Positions 11,850 to 30,427 of a stretch of 64,000 nt of DNA are shown here, one piece after another (within the stretch, counting starts at the first letter, position 1; every line of letters begins with the position of its first letter). Under the pieces are notes generated by a model, which saw nothing but the letters and a program-made list of their open reading frames with translations, did no database searches and was not told the DNA's origin. The position numbers and the translations under genes are program-made. The stretch covers positions 930,001 to 994,000 of the forward strand of contig MU008157.1 in NCBI GenBank assembly GCA_010909165.1. Direction: 5' to 3'. Source of the DNA: Anthoceros angustus. Its lineage: Eukaryota; Plantae; Anthocerotophyta.

Positions 11850-12300
11850 GCACGCAGGGAATTTGGTTGGCATAATTGCTTTATTCTTTCTACGATGTTA
11901 GATCCGAAGCAAAGGAAGTTGCTGCCTAGCTTTTCACTAGTTGACAGATTGAAAGGTAAGCAGGTTATGAAATAGTTGGCACCTAATACTAGAGAAGCTC
12001 ATTGTGTTATGTTGTAGTTCAATCAATATCAGCTTAGACTTGGTAAGTTATGCGTTGACGAGGAGATGAATTTCCAAGAAGAGTTGATATATAATGGAGT
12101 GGAATGGTGGGAAAGGTATGTAGACGAATGTCGACAACTTGTAGATGTCGCAACGAAATTGTTCAACATTCCTCCAACTGCACCAGGTGGGGAAAGAAAC
12201 TGGAGCGAATGGAAACATGTCTGATATGATAATAGACCAAGAACTATAGTGGACACAGCTCGTATGCTTGTTTACGTCTACTATAACAATAAAATATTAA
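11850..12300 (+). mobile_element. Decayed hAT transposase C-terminal (dimerisation domain) fragment
   Basis: Translation EWWERY...QLVDVATKLFNIPPTAPGGERNWSEWKHV*YDNRPRTIVDTARMLVYVYYN fits the hAT WW/ERNWS/LVYVxxN pattern. Upstream MLDPKQR. Contains stops and frameshifts. Confidence 0.75.
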
Positions 12301-12809
12301 AATAGCACAATGCTACAACAGATTGGGCATCTCTTCAAGAGGAGGCATTGCGGGCTTCCAAGGGTCGGGCGGAATCTGCGCATCATCCATATGCAGTAGC
12401 AGTATTGCATATGACAGGTCCACATTGATCAAATAACAACAATCCATGCCTAGCAATAGCTGACTAATAAGTGACTTCGTAGTAGCATGCTTCCTAATAG
12501 CTCATCCTATCGAAACGCCACTGAAGTGGAAAACAATAATAGTGAACAAGTGTTGCATCCACAGCTAGTACATTGTGATTTCCATAAAACATCGTACAAT
12601 CAAACATGAAAGGAGTTTGTAAATGCAAAATGAAGGGTACTTGATCCTCGTGTGATTGGTGGAAGACTATAGACCTAGTTTGCCCTACCCACATAGATAC
12701 TAATGTGGCATTATTTGGAGGCTACCTTATATTCACCAACTTCAACCTCTATAAATATATAATTTTCTACAGGAGGTCTACCAACCCCTACTATCAGCAT
12801 AAGAACGTA

Positions 12810-12892
12810 TCATATATACCTATATATAATGTATCTTGCTGCCATAGATAATCGCTTAGCCGCGCGACTGACGAGAAGTGCGCGATATCTAG
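12810..12892 (+). mobile_element. Helitron 3' terminus, possibly a minimal non-autonomous Helitron
   Basis: GC-rich hairpin CGCGCGACT...AGTGCGCG (12861-12884), then ATAT and CTAG|T (12889-12893). A candidate 5' end A|TCATATATAC lies at 12810. Confidence 0.55.
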
Positions 12893-13895
12893 TGTTGGGT
12901 ACCTGTTCAAGGATGTGAATCAGGGATTCATTCTGAAGTGGATTCGGGTCCTCATACACATATGTATCGGAACGGCGGTTACTGGTCCCGATAATCGGTC
13001 CCCGGAAAAAGAGGACCGGCGGTCTGTACACTGTGGACCCCACTCCATGCGTTCACTGCATCCAGGATTCGTGGGCACTCGGCTCTTTCCTCGAGCATCT
13101 GATCACACGTGTGACCAGACCTGGTAAGCAAGACGAGCGTGTTCCCGTTGCAACGGCAAAGTGGGTGTTCAAACGCATTTCAACGGGTTGGAGGTTTAAA
13201 TTTTCCACAAGGTAACCCGCGGCCCGCAATCCTCCAAGGGCAACACAAAGTATTGCAAGCCACCCGTTGGACGGCCCTACTTCAGCTAACAAGGGTACAC
13301 AGGCACCTGATCATACCCAAAGAACGAAGCTTACGATGCAAACTCAATAAACCGTAGAGTCTTATTGACACATCCTGGAGCTCAATTGGCAGCTCCAGGT
13401 AAAAATAGCTATATAATAGCACACTTGCAAGCTAACGAAATTGTAGCTCAATGAGGTGGCAGGGATCCACTCAGACAACATACCACCATTTTCCTTGGCC
13501 ACCGTTATGAACCTGTTACACGAAAGAATTACTTAACCTCACAAGTTCAGCATTCCATTACAACAGTATGTCAAAGCCCTCTTATTTTAACATACACTGG
13601 CACTCTCACTGCAGAACTGAAAGAACAGAAATGACTAACAACCTCCCCATGCACTTATCCATTCTCTCAATTTCCCACAAACAATCATGCAAAAGACGTG
13701 AGAGGGACACAACAAACGAAACGACTCGCTCTCGGAACAAAAATGTAAAGCTCCAAAGAGGGCCCTATTTGCTGGAGAAGAACTTTTACCTTGAAGGAAG
13801 AGAGATGAGATTAGAGCGACAGCTCTGTCCAGCTGGTGCGAGAGGCTAGACCATGAGACCTCAAAACAAAGATCTATGCCTTGATTTCAAGAATG

Positions 13896-19409
<5,514 letters not shown>

Positions 19410-19456
19410 GGCCTGACCTGACCTGACCTGGCTGTGGCCCGGCCGGGCTGACGCCT

Positions 19457-19490
<34 letters not shown>
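19457..19490. repeat. (CAG/CTG)n microsatellite in the PI4K 5' UTR
   Basis: About 11 perfect CAG units. Confidence 0.9.
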
Positions 19491-19492
<2 letters not shown>

Positions 19493-20205
19493 ACACCCTA
19501 ATCCTTTTCCTACAACTCGTGGAAAGCAAGACAAAATGCGATGAGTCGCCCTAGGCCCGCATCGGCATGAAATGCCACTCCATGGCCCCCGGCAGCGGCT
19601 CCACTACATGGCGTCCGCAACAGAAATACGCAGATCCCGGCTCCGGCTCCGGCTCCCGAGCTAGTGCGGAAGGTGAGCAGAACGACCGCCCGAGGTACCA
19701 CACGCCCTGCCAGCCTGCATGTTCTCTCGCATCACAGGCGGTGGCACACACCGCGGCGCATCTGAGAGCTCGGAGGCAGGGCAAGAAGCCCCTTCCAGAG
19801 CAGCGCGTCCACAGGACAAATTCTCTCCTCCTACTCCTTCCTGTCTCCTCCCTCCCACCCACCCGCCTGCCCGCCCGCCTGCCTGCCTGCCTTCCTCCCT
19901 CCCTCCCTTCCTTGTCTTGCCTACCTGCGGTCCAGCGCGGGAGGATGCGCAGCCCCCGTGCAGCTAGCCCGATTCGATTTCCGATGAAGGGCGGAGCTGC
20001 ACGCAGCGGTCCGGGGTGGCGGAGGGAGCGAGCTGCAGCCCCGCAGCATGGGACGGCTGGACAGGACTGCAGCAGCTCTCTCTCGGAGCGGTGCGTGGCA
20101 CGAAGGACACTGGGCGCGGGCGCCGAGTGTCGGGCAAATCGAGAGAGCGCGCGGGCAATTGGAGAGGGCAAATCTGACCACGCTCGCGCCCGACGCGCGA
20201 GGGAG

Positions 20206-20207
20206 GC

Positions 20208-20238
<31 letters not shown>

Positions 20239-20247
20239 GAGAGAGAG
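20206..20247. repeat. (GA)n microsatellite
   Basis: Near-perfect GA dinucleotide run upstream of PI4K. Confidence 0.9.
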
Positions 20248-21189
20248 CATTAGGCATTGAAGTGAGAGGCGAGAGAGCAGCAGAGCGAGGCGGACTGAAA
20301 TAGCCCTTTCCCTTCCCAGGCCGCGGTGAAAGGTGGTGGCGCGCAGCGCGCAAGGCAACGCAACGAGCAGCGAGCAACGGCAACGGAACGGGTGCCGGGA
20401 GCCGGTTGCACCCGGTCACGGAGCCGCGGGGGATACGATACTTGGGATTCAAACGTAGGAGGAGCAGGTCGCGACGCCACCTGGACGCGGGCCACTGCCG
20501 AGGCCCGAGCCGCGGCCGCGTGGGAGGGAACCTGGGGTTGGGGTTAGGTTAAGTTTGGCTGGTGGTGGTGGCTGCCCGCGGGCAGCAGGGGCCTGGTGCC
20601 TGCTGCCTGCTGCCTGCTGCCTGCTGCCTGCTTTTGGCAGGGAGGTGCACATGCATTTCCACACAGTTTCACAGTTTTTGGCGTTCAACGCGTGTGGTGA
20701 TGTTGGGCTTTGCCTTCGACCACCGGACCTGCACATGCAATATGAAGTGGCGTGTCGTGTACACCCTGTCGGATGCTCTGTGCTTGCGGATGCAAAAAAA
20801 TCCCATATCAACTACAATGCAGGGCCTCCGTATGCCTCGTGACTCGCTGCCGCATTTTCAAAATTTGAACCGCCCACTGCCATGCCACCACATCCACCCA
20901 AACGCCGCAAGCCACGTTACTTATTGCGTTTCGCGCACCCGCGTTCTTCGCATTTTCGACCATCAATACTTTCTTTCCGTTTCGGCTTGGAAGCATTGCT
21001 TACACCCGAAACCGAAACGGAAGCATCGGCTTGCCCTACGTGGAACAAATTGCCCAAGAAGCGCCAAGGGGTTGTGATTGGCCAGAGAGTAGCATAGCAC
21101 CAACAACCTTTTCTACCGTAATACATTTTCGCCTGGGTTTGGTCTAATATTTGGTCTATTCTTTCTCTGCTTGTAACTGCGGGCCTTCC

Positions 21190-21620
21190 CTCGATGACCT
21201 TGGAGCCCAATCTGGTTGGCTGTCCCGCTGGCGGGCAACGCATTGTTACGCATGACGCCATCCGGGACGTCAAGTTCTCGGTGCCCAAGGAGGGCGGCTT
21301 TATCCCCTGCAGGGAGCGTCCCTACACCTTTGCTCAATGGCGTGTCTCTCAGGGCTGACCTTTTCTTGACCCAGGGACCAGGTTTCTGTCGCTAATGTGG
21401 TTGTAACGACCCCACCCGGGATAGTGCTAATGTGGTTGTAACGGACCCCACACGTGATAGTGTTTGTGACCACGTTATCCTCAACTCCCCGGGTTGGGCG
21501 GCGGAAGGCTACGCGATGGCCAAGATCCATAAGTACTCTCGTATGCAGAACGACCACACTTTTATCCCCCTCGCCATCGAGACTCACGAGGCCATATGGG
21601 TCAAGATTTCTCGAGGTTCC
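21190..21620 (+). mobile_element. 3' fragment of an RLE-endonuclease non-LTR retrotransposon (CRE/R2-group-like)
   Basis: LVGCPAGGQRIVTHDAIRD (end of a CCHC knuckle), RADL, NVVVTDPTR, AAEGYAMAKIHKY, TFIPLAIETH match the restriction-like endonuclease layout. Frameshifted, with a local ~35-bp duplication at 21391-21453. Confidence 0.65.
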
Positions 21621-22568
21621 TCAAGGCAATGGACACCGGTTGCCTAAAGAAAGACACAATACAAGAAAGGGGAGACAAACCCCTGTCACTTTCTCCAGCA
21701 GGAGAAAGTGACTATTAAAAAAGAAGATTCTTCTTCTTCTAAGAAGAACAGGAAGGAGAGAATGTCAGGAAGGGAAGTGCAGCAAAAAACTCCTTATTGT
21801 ATTCCAATCATCGTACTCTAAGAAGACTAAAGCTCAAAAGAATGTTGAGGTGATTGTAGATGAAAGAGAATGTTGACCTTCATGCTCATTTACAACTGAT
21901 GTGAAGATTCCCCAAGTGAGCCTGGAAGTAGCCCTACTAGAAAAGGTTTAAGTAATCGGGCAGACGTCCCGATATCCAATGTAATCGTTGAATTCCATCA
22001 TTAGTAAAGGAGCTCTTCTTAATTTTGTTGTAAATTTGAAGAGTCTGGTTCTTGAGATCTTAGACAGAGTAGATAAAATATCCACAAAACTTGAGAGGAT
22101 GAGTGAGTATGACTCAATTACGGTGGTGACACATGAGTTAGAACTTAAAAAGCATTCCAAGGAAGCTAAAAGAGCGCACATGTAACTGCTCTAAAAGCCT
22201 TTTCCTCCCCCTTCTAATAGCTTTGCATCTTTAGCATCATGGCATGAGATTGCAGAACAAATTGCAAGAAAAGAACCTGCTTACCTCAACCAATTATAAA
22301 GTGTGGAGCTTCAGGATTTGAACAATCTTGGAGGAACTTCGATGAAACAATACCAAGGAGATTTGCTGGCCAAGCTTCAAGAGTGTCACTCGGTGAATCC
22401 CATGTACCCTAGACAACATAAGATGAGTTATAAGGGAATCACAAGGATAAAGAAAGGTGCAGACAGTGAATATAACCCTGCAAAATGCGGGTACCTACAA
22501 CTTGAAAACACCTTGCATGTGCCCCTCTTGGCTAAAAACTTGGTGAGTACCATGGCACTAGGCAAAAC

Positions 22569-22680
22569 AGGCATGTAAAGGATCGTGACTCTTTGCTAGC
22601 ATCCCCGTAAGTTTCTATAGCTCTAGGCATGTAAAGGATCGTGACTCTTTGCTAGCATCCCGAGAAGTTGCTGTAGCTCT
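22569..22680. repeat. 56-bp tandem duplication
   Basis: AGGCATGTAAAGGATCGTGACTCTTTGCTAGCATCCC... occurs twice, period 56. Confidence 0.9.
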
Positions 22681-23819
22681 AGGCACTCCACTGCATGATC
22701 TTCATCTACTACATCTCTCTTGAGTACTTCAAATACTTCAAATGCAAATGCAGCTGAGGTTAGACCATGTGAACCTCACCATGAACCCTGACCATGAGCC
22801 TCAATCTTTATCTAATAATTAATACATCTCACGTTGCAGTGCTCGAGGCAGCTGGAAGCAGAAATTATTAAGTTAGTCGTTGAATGTCCGAGGGGGCCTG
22901 GTGATGCCCGAAATGACAAGATGCCCAACAGAAAACGGAAATAAACAGCAACATTTGACGGGCAAAGGGCAAGGCCAAGGCCAAGGCCAAGGCGAGCACG
23001 TGCCACGGCTGCATCTAGAAGCATGGAAGCAGGTGCAAGCGCAAGTGCAGCTCACGGCCATATCCAAACGCTGGCCACGTTGTGTTCCCCCCCATTTCGC
23101 AGTTCCCACTTGCACGCTGCGTGTCGCCAAGGGAGCAGCGGATTTCACCTGCATGTCACCGCGCCCAAGGGTAAGTAAGGCCTGACCCCCGAGGCACCGA
23201 CCGCGCAGTCGCTAACGGCCGCCCTAACCGTCTCAACGGTGCACCTGCAACAGCCGGTGGCCCGGTCACCCCGTTCCCGCGGAACTGGATGCAGCCGGGC
23301 CGGGCAGAAGCATCGCGCGCATGTTCGGGGCAACTTACCAGTTGGCAAGTTGACTCCGCCTTCAACATGGAATCGCCTGGCCGAGGGACGGCCACCTGGC
23401 TGTCGCCAACCGCCCGCCTCCAACGACTGGCTGGGAACTTGGCCTTCACGCGCCACCGTCCTGGTCCCACACTACCGTTCGCAGCGAGGCGCTCATATCC
23501 TCATTCCTCATTCATATTTTCTCGGCGGGTCGTTCAGTCCACTAACTTGGACGGGAAGACCTCATGAATCTTTGATCTACTCGATGCTTTCTGACTCCAG
23601 CTCCAGGTCTGACCGACTTTCTACGGGACGTGCTACAAGCAACAGGAGGACCGGGTTTACGGAAGCTCACCAATCGTCCCTTCAGTGCTCCTGAGCGCCG
23701 GGTTTGGGGTTTTGGGGACATGGTGTCCTTCCGCGGAGGCTGCTGCTGCGGGGAGATGGCGGGGGCCTGGAGTAATCACGATGAGCTTCACTTGCGCAGT
23801 AGCCCTTTCGCTGCCGCAT

Positions 23820-24610
23820 CAAACCTGCAGCACCTGCGCAACGGTGAAATGGCCGTCAGCCGAAGTTGCAACCGCCGAGCCCTACCCTCAACCGTGCATG
23901 TGGAAGGGGGATCTCAATCTGGGCTGGATGCAACAGCAGGCACGACAGACTCCAGTTTGAACACACAAAGGTGGCCCAGAACGTCCCTTTCCAACAGACC
24001 AGATGCACTCACAAGCGGATCTCGACGTCACAGACGGGACCTGGCTCACATGCTTGCTCCCGGTCGGGCACTTGGTACGTAAGTGCCTTGTGACGTGCAC
24101 GACAACAAGCTGCTGCAAATCCATGATGACAGTTCACTCTAATTCCATCAGAACTTCACGTGAAGGCATGTAACCATTGGGCGACTTATGAGGGAGATGC
24201 GGACTTCCAAAGTGACGAGCTCGTTACCAGAAGTGATGGGAACAGCCTCAGATGGAGAGGAAATCACACCATTTCTTCGTCTCAGACCCTCCAGAGTGAC
24301 CTGGTGAAAGTCTTTTGGGTTCTTGGAGAATGAAACAATGAGGGGACGGAGCTATCAGTACTAGCAGATTTCATGTCAACAGGACCTAGTGGAACATCCT
24401 CTGCCATGGCGTTTACGGAGTCATGGACAGCAAACAGATCGGACAAACTGCAGACTCCTAATGCGGGGTGTGACGCCCCACAGTGTAATGACAGAATCAA
24501 GAAAGATGAAATAGAGTGTCTACGACGGTCTCTGAGTCAGATTTGCGAAGGGAGGAATGTGGGGACCAGCAACTTTCCCAGCGTCAGGAGATGCTTATTC
24601 AACTAACCGA
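23820..24610. pseudogene. Decayed coding-like segment, LRR-like; paralog of 44260-45140
   Basis: Collinear shared blocks with 44260-45140 (CAAACCTGC.GCACCTGCG, TTCCATCAGAACTTCA, CAGACTCCTAATGCGGG, GTGTCTACGACGGTC, AACTTTCCCA). LRR-like fragments appear amid many stops; the coding strand is not resolved. Confidence 0.4.
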
Positions 24611-24619
24611 ATTAAGCCA

Positions 24620-24725
24620 CTTTTGGCGTACGTAGCAACCAGTGTGTTGCCCACAAGTGTACTTGTTTGATAACCTTGTCTCATAATCTCAGCAGCGATC
24701 GACCAGCCTTGCTACCTGCTGATCT
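24620..24725 (-). pseudogene. PLS-type PPR motif fragment
   Basis: With one frameshift it reads GWSIAAEIMRQGYQTS-TLVGNTLVATYAKSGL, close to the PPR consensus IHAEI..G..D..VGNTLVDMYAKCG. Confidence 0.4.
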
Positions 24726-25620
24726 GGTGTACCAGGGTGTAATTGGGTACTGTTAGATCTACTAGACTTCATGGCTGATGTGATGGACTTGGGGACTTGG
24801 TGTCTAGTTGCAGGCATCCGCTGGTGAGGCGTTGGATCGTCGGCTGGTTCTGAAGTGTGATGAGATGGCTGGGGACTCTGCAGGTTTTTTCTTGAGGGCA
24901 GATGTTCCAGCTTTGCTACCCATGCTAGACCCAAGTAAGGCTGGACACCTGCCCAGCCTGGGAAGAGCTTTGTTCTGTGGCCTGGGCCTAGATGATTGCA
25001 TAGCTCCCGAAGCTGCACAATGATGTTCAGCTTACACCGCTGTTGACCAGCCTTGACAACATGCTTCAACAGCTGATAATTCCTTGTCAACAAGGCTCCA
25101 CAGAGCTCAGCTTGAACAGAGGCAAACTCCATTGGAACAAGGCTTCCCCTCTTTGCAGGTACTTTCGGCATAGCATGCCATCCTTAAGCATTCGCAGCAG
25201 GCATCCAAACAAGATCACACACGGGACCAATTTTGAATGCTCATACCCAACATTATGCACCGACAGCTGCCATAACACAAAATAGCAACCACTGCCTGCT
25301 GCCTGTCAGTATAGGTGCCATAAAGCAATCAAGGAACGAGGTTTGTACAATACTCTGATTGGAGCTCCCGGCGGCCAGGGGTGACATTTACAAATGCATG
25401 AGATAGTGGCTTTCTGCCGAGGCTGTAGTAAACCGAAATTTGCCTGAGTAGCGAAGGACAATTCGAAAGTTTCGACACCGAACCATAACCAACAAGATAC
25501 CCGTCGGGAGGGCGCCTATAGAGTATAGACTACGAAGTCGTGGGACGCTCGATCGTCAAGATGCTATAAATTATTCAGACGTGTAATCAGTGGGGTTCCC
25601 GAACGTCGATGCGAGTTCCT

Positions 25621-27143
25621 CTACTTTCTGTCGCTAATTCTCTCGGGTGCAGGAGAACCTGTTCTCTTTTCATAGGCCTGTTCCAAACTCTGCACAAGTG
25701 CACACAGGCCAGTCAGCTCAAAGAAACGCAAGTCTGCAACTAGTATGGCAACCTGGTTGCGGCTCACCGTTAAATCCATGCGCACCGAATCCAGTACATC
25801 TGGTCTCATTCGCTCGAAGTATAGGATGCCCTGCGCCCATACGCACGAGCAGGACATGCCGTGTCGATTAAAGAACGCCAGTAAAACACACCATTTTGTA
25901 AGATTTTCATGTAGGAAGGGCAGAGTTCTGTACCTCGAGATGGTCGTACTCGTGTTGGAAAACGCGTGCCTGGAAATCTTTCAAATTTATGCTAAACTTC
26001 TTCCCTCGCATATCCTGTGCATCTATTCTCACTGTAATAGGCCGCTGCACAAAGCCAAATACTCAGTTCTTCCCTAACCATTACTACATCGGCAGTTAGG
26101 GAAGTGAAAAGCACTACCTCAATAGGAGCATTGATTGATGGGAAAGACAAGCAGCCCTCGACAAAGTCCTCAGTCTTCTTGCCGTACTTGACAATCTTTG
26201 GATTCACCAAAACATATTCTTGACCTCTACCCCTCTCTCCTTCTGGATTGTACACCATTACTTGCACATTCACCCCTACTTGTGGTGCAGATAGGCCAAC
26301 ACCGTCGGTCCTGAGAATAGATTCACATGGGAACAGGGGTGAGATCAGTACCTCAAAAGTTGTTTGTCACACATATCCACGTTCCACAATACCACACAAG
26401 GGAGCTGGTGCACTCTACAGCTATCACTGTATGACTGGACTCTTACACTGTTTGGAATAAAGAAAACACCACAAGGTGTCACACTCTTTTGTGTTGAACT
26501 TACTTATACATGACATCGAACATTTCTTCCACGAGCTGTTGCAGTTTGTCATCAAAAGATGAGATCCTCCTGTTTTTGGCTCGGAGCCTTGGGTCCGGGT
26601 ACAGAACTATTTGAAGGGGCCGTTCATACTCCAGCGCAACATCTGCCACAAACATCAAACCCTAGCGTTGCTTGCATTATAAGCTTGCACAGAAACTCGG
26701 GTTTTGAGCAACAATCTCCTTACAGACCTCGGACAACAGATGTGCATGATCAGGGCAGCAACGGCGAGGAGGAGATTAGTCATACCAGGCTCTGCTTCCT
26801 CCCTTATGCTTTGCAGCTCGTTCAGCAGGCTCTTCCTTGCCCAGACCATAAACGAGTGTTCCCTGGTTCTCGCATTGGCGAAGTTGCCGGAAGCCGGCCT
26901 TCGCAGCACTTGGTCAAAGCTCCGCAGCCGAGGCATCCATGTCAGATCAGCATGGATTTGGAGGTGTGCGGAACCGGTCAGACGAGCAGATTGCTGTGTT
27001 GCTAATCTCGAATTCGGCCCTGACAAGCGGGGGGAAGGCGCGCACCAGCTGCGGTAGTTTCCCCTGCATTTCAGCATTCCGGATGAATTGCTGGTGCTCA
27101 GATGGAGAGGCACGGACTGCGCGCTAACGGTGGCGCCAACCAT
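25621..27143 (-). CDS. PDF1B: Peptide deformylase 1B, plastid (multi-exon)
   Basis: TDGVGLSAPQVG, EGCLSFP and FQHEYDHLE are the three PDF motifs; also YPDPRLRAKN and GILYFERM. Ser/Arg-rich transit-peptide-like N-terminus. An alternative ATG lies at 27161. Confidence 0.95.
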
Positions 27144-27650
27144 AGCCTGTGCACAATCCATCGAACTCCTGACTTCCACGGCCGATGTGTTAACTAATAA
27201 CCCACGTCTTCCCGAGAGAGTCCTATATCTAATACTTTTGGTCATGAACATGTTTTGCAACAAAGTCTTCTGTTGGATATCAAAATCTCTTGATTGCGAT
27301 ATCTCCTGCTGGAGATCAACACCTCTTGACTGATTGTTAGTAGCAAGGATAACAGATTTGTTTCAGACGAAGAAGTTCCGAGCTCAGCTAGCAACCCGAG
27401 CAGTTTTGTTGGTGACTGGAACTGAATGTCTGAGAAGCATGGAAATGTGACCGTTCCGGTTGACAGGATATTGAAGGGAAGTCCGACCAGACGGAGGGCT
27501 GGATGAAGAAGTGAGGGAGGTACCTCGTAGCAGCCTGGAAAAGGGTGGCACGGGAGAGGAAAGCTCTTCAGAAAACAACAATTTCTACTTGGGAATATTC
27601 CGAACTTAAGCAGAGTTCAACTCACCTGAAAAGAAGGAGACGGTAATGCT

Positions 27651-28397
27651 TCACCAGTTTCTCAAATAGTATATCACAAGAAATAGGGCCACACACGCTG
27701 ACACGATGGTGGCCATCGTTCGGTTCGACTTGTCGTTGAAAACCTGAGAAGCAGCCCAGCGACAACAGGCGACGATGAGAACCACGGGGTTCCTGCTGCA
27801 ATCAAGCACAATCTCCTGGAGCGTGGGTAGAGAACGTACATTAGTGAATCGATCCATCACTCCAGACATGAGACCTTTGGATGAATCCATGTCGTTTCCC
27901 TGGAGTAACAAGTTAGTTCAAATTTCCCAGGGTGAGCAGACATAGTTAGAGACACTTGGCACAGACATTGGATCGCGTACCATGCGATCAAGTAGTCGAT
28001 TGTGAGCATCAACTTCCTCATGGATGTCTGCTGTCAACTGGTGCCCGCATCTTAGGTTAGGAGCGTGGAAGGAAAAAACCTGAGCGAGGTGCAATCACAA
28101 CCAGCAACGCACTGAGTGACACGTACTCTCTTCAATACGCTGACCCTATCTTGAAGCCCCTCCATAGATCGCTCATTCTCCTGCTCTGCGAGTTCGTTAG
28201 ATGTGTAAAACGATGACGCTCTCACACCACCTTCCTCCAGACCATCGAAGAGGAGAGCGCGGCTTCCTCGATTCTCCCTGTCAGGAGTAGACAGGCAAAT
28301 CAGATGTCACGCAGAAATTGCTCAATTTGGTTACTCTCCACACACAGCACAATGACATCAAGGCAATGAACAAAACAAGCACTCGCCTCAGCGCCAT
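27651..28397 (-). CDS. BET1: BET1-like Qc-SNARE (multi-exon)
   Basis: RALLFDGLEEGGVRASS, EQENERSMEGLQDRVSVLKR, LTADIHEEVDAHNRLLDRM, GNDMDSSKGLMSGVMDRF, C-terminal TM segment ...VALFLVIYYLRNW*. Confidence 0.93.
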
Positions 28398-28742
28398 CCC
28401 TGATAGCATACGCTCTGGCGTCGTAGCTTGATCCCCTGGAAGACCTAAAGCGAGCTCAGTTGGTTTTCCGAACTCGGAGACTCTGACATGTCTCAACCAT
28501 CAGTGCTCAACCACATTGAGCTGCTCCTCGGACCAACCTCGCTTCTTGCGTGGGATGTCGGTTATTCCTCTGAAAGTGAACATATACCTCCCCGCTTTGT
28601 TTTTGATCCGGGGTGAAGGAACCGGCCTAGATGTGCACAGTATGTACGTCGCTTATTGAGCAACATCAGATTCAATTGGGACACAAATAAATAAATAGAA
28701 GAATAAACCAAGACATATTGGTGACTCAATAGTTCAATGAGG

Positions 28743-30427
28743 TCATGACGAGAAGCCCAACTTTTGCTTGTCTAGCACACTGGACAAAAGTGGGACTTTT
28801 TTCGGAGCTTTCAGTTTGTACTCCCTAATCAAAGAGGCAGATGCCAAAGACACAATATCAGAACTGTCCTCTTCTCTACTGCGGCCCTTCGTTTGGTTGA
28901 TCGCTGCTCCACACTGTATGAGGACAATTCAGGATCAGTCCAGTGATACCTTCAAGGAAGCAACCGAGAATGGAGAGGGCACGTACCAACACCACACCAT
29001 ACAGAGCTCGGACATTCTTGCCGTTGCTAAGCTCGATGGCTGCCGCGTAATACTTTCTAGCAGCTCGAAAGTTATCCAAACCTCCTATTGTGTAGAGCAA
29101 CTATGATCCAGAACATGGTCCAGTTAGCTTCAAAGGGGCAACTGCACGTAGGTCCCTCCCTGAGGCATGCAAACGTACCTCAGCATAGCGAAGATGATAC
29201 AAAAGATTTGCTGGCTGGGACAAGAGTAGCTCTTCAAAACAGAAAAGCGCCTGCTTATACCTACAAACATCACAAAAACACAGAAACACAGTAAGACTCC
29301 GGGCGTGCATCCAATAAACCCCTTCCTTCAAACGCCTGTGCTTACATCTGAAGAGAGAGGTAGATTTCCCCGAGCTCCCTCCATGCATCATAGTCTGCCA
29401 TGTACCTAATCCACAGCACAGACAGCCACATTCAGGCTAATCCCTGTCAAGAATACATACATAGCGGCAACAGCGACATATTTCTGAACTGGAGAGCAGA
29501 CTTGTCTAACATACGTCTCAAGGTACTTGTTGAGTAAGTCCACAGCTTCAGCCCACTTCCCCTGTGCCTTGGCTACAGCTACTCTTCTTTTGTGAAAGAA
29601 CTGCAGAGACAAGGAGAAATCAATAATGCAGCTCCAACCACTGTGTATAAGCGGCGGATCTGGACACCTGACGGTGTCACTAGTAGGGACGGGACTCACA
29701 ACATCAGCACCTTGGTCCTCGAGATAATCCGCATACAGCTTGTCTGCTTGCTGCCAGGCTCCGCTTGCCTCAAACAACATTCCCCGCAACCGACCTAAAT
29801 CAGGACACCCCGGATGAGCTGAGGTGTGACATTCCAGAGATCCCAAGATGTGCAAGAACAACAGAAAAGGGAAACCACAAGGACTGACCAACTCTAACAC
29901 TGTCCGGAAACTTCTTGCGCAGGGCTCCGATGCTTTGCTGCCATGCAAAACAAGGAATCACGTTAGCACGAACTCGAGACCGGCCACACAGACGGACACA
30001 AGACAGCAGCTCACCTTCGCCACATCGAGATTCCCGCAGTCCATTGCAGCTACCGCGACCTGCTCGTAGACGCTCCAAACTGCAGTCCGGTCGACAGTGA
30101 GCCATCAAGATCGACAACTGCTTCAACCCCTGGGCAACAAAAGCCTAAGTTCTACGGGCTACTGGCTGCTGAATTCGCTGCCCCGCCCCTTCCACATTCC
30201 ATCTCGCTCGCAGACAAAGTCACAAGTGAGAAAATTTTACCATCGTTTCCGAGCTTGGACCTGGCGGATGCGCTGTTGAGCAGCTTGAGGCCATGCTGTG
30301 CGACCTTGTCCGATCGGCGGACCTTGAGCTTGCGCAGCAGGGCTAGATATTCCGCAATGTTTCCACCACCTCCTTCCACCTGCTGCTCTAGTCTATCCAG
30401 CTCCGCCTCATCCGCAATCCCAACCAT
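28743..30427 (-). CDS. EMC2: ER membrane protein complex subunit 2 (TTC35, TPR protein; multi-exon)
   Basis: DRLEQQVEGGGGNIAEYLALLRKLKVRRS, RLRGMLFEASGAW, YKQALFCFEELLLSQP, YHLRYAE, NFRAARKYYAAAIELSNGKNVRALYG. Confidence 0.93.

Noticed and set aside
19410-19529. Signal-peptide-like poly-Leu extension in frame with PI4K (the ORF track starts at TTG 19529)
   Set aside because: There is no ATG before the upstream in-frame stop. The Leu run is just the (CTG)n UTR microsatellite, and homology starts at MVRLLG.
21650-22580. Degenerate coding-like stretch
   Set aside because: It has stops and no diagnostic motif. It is probably TE-derived but unassignable.
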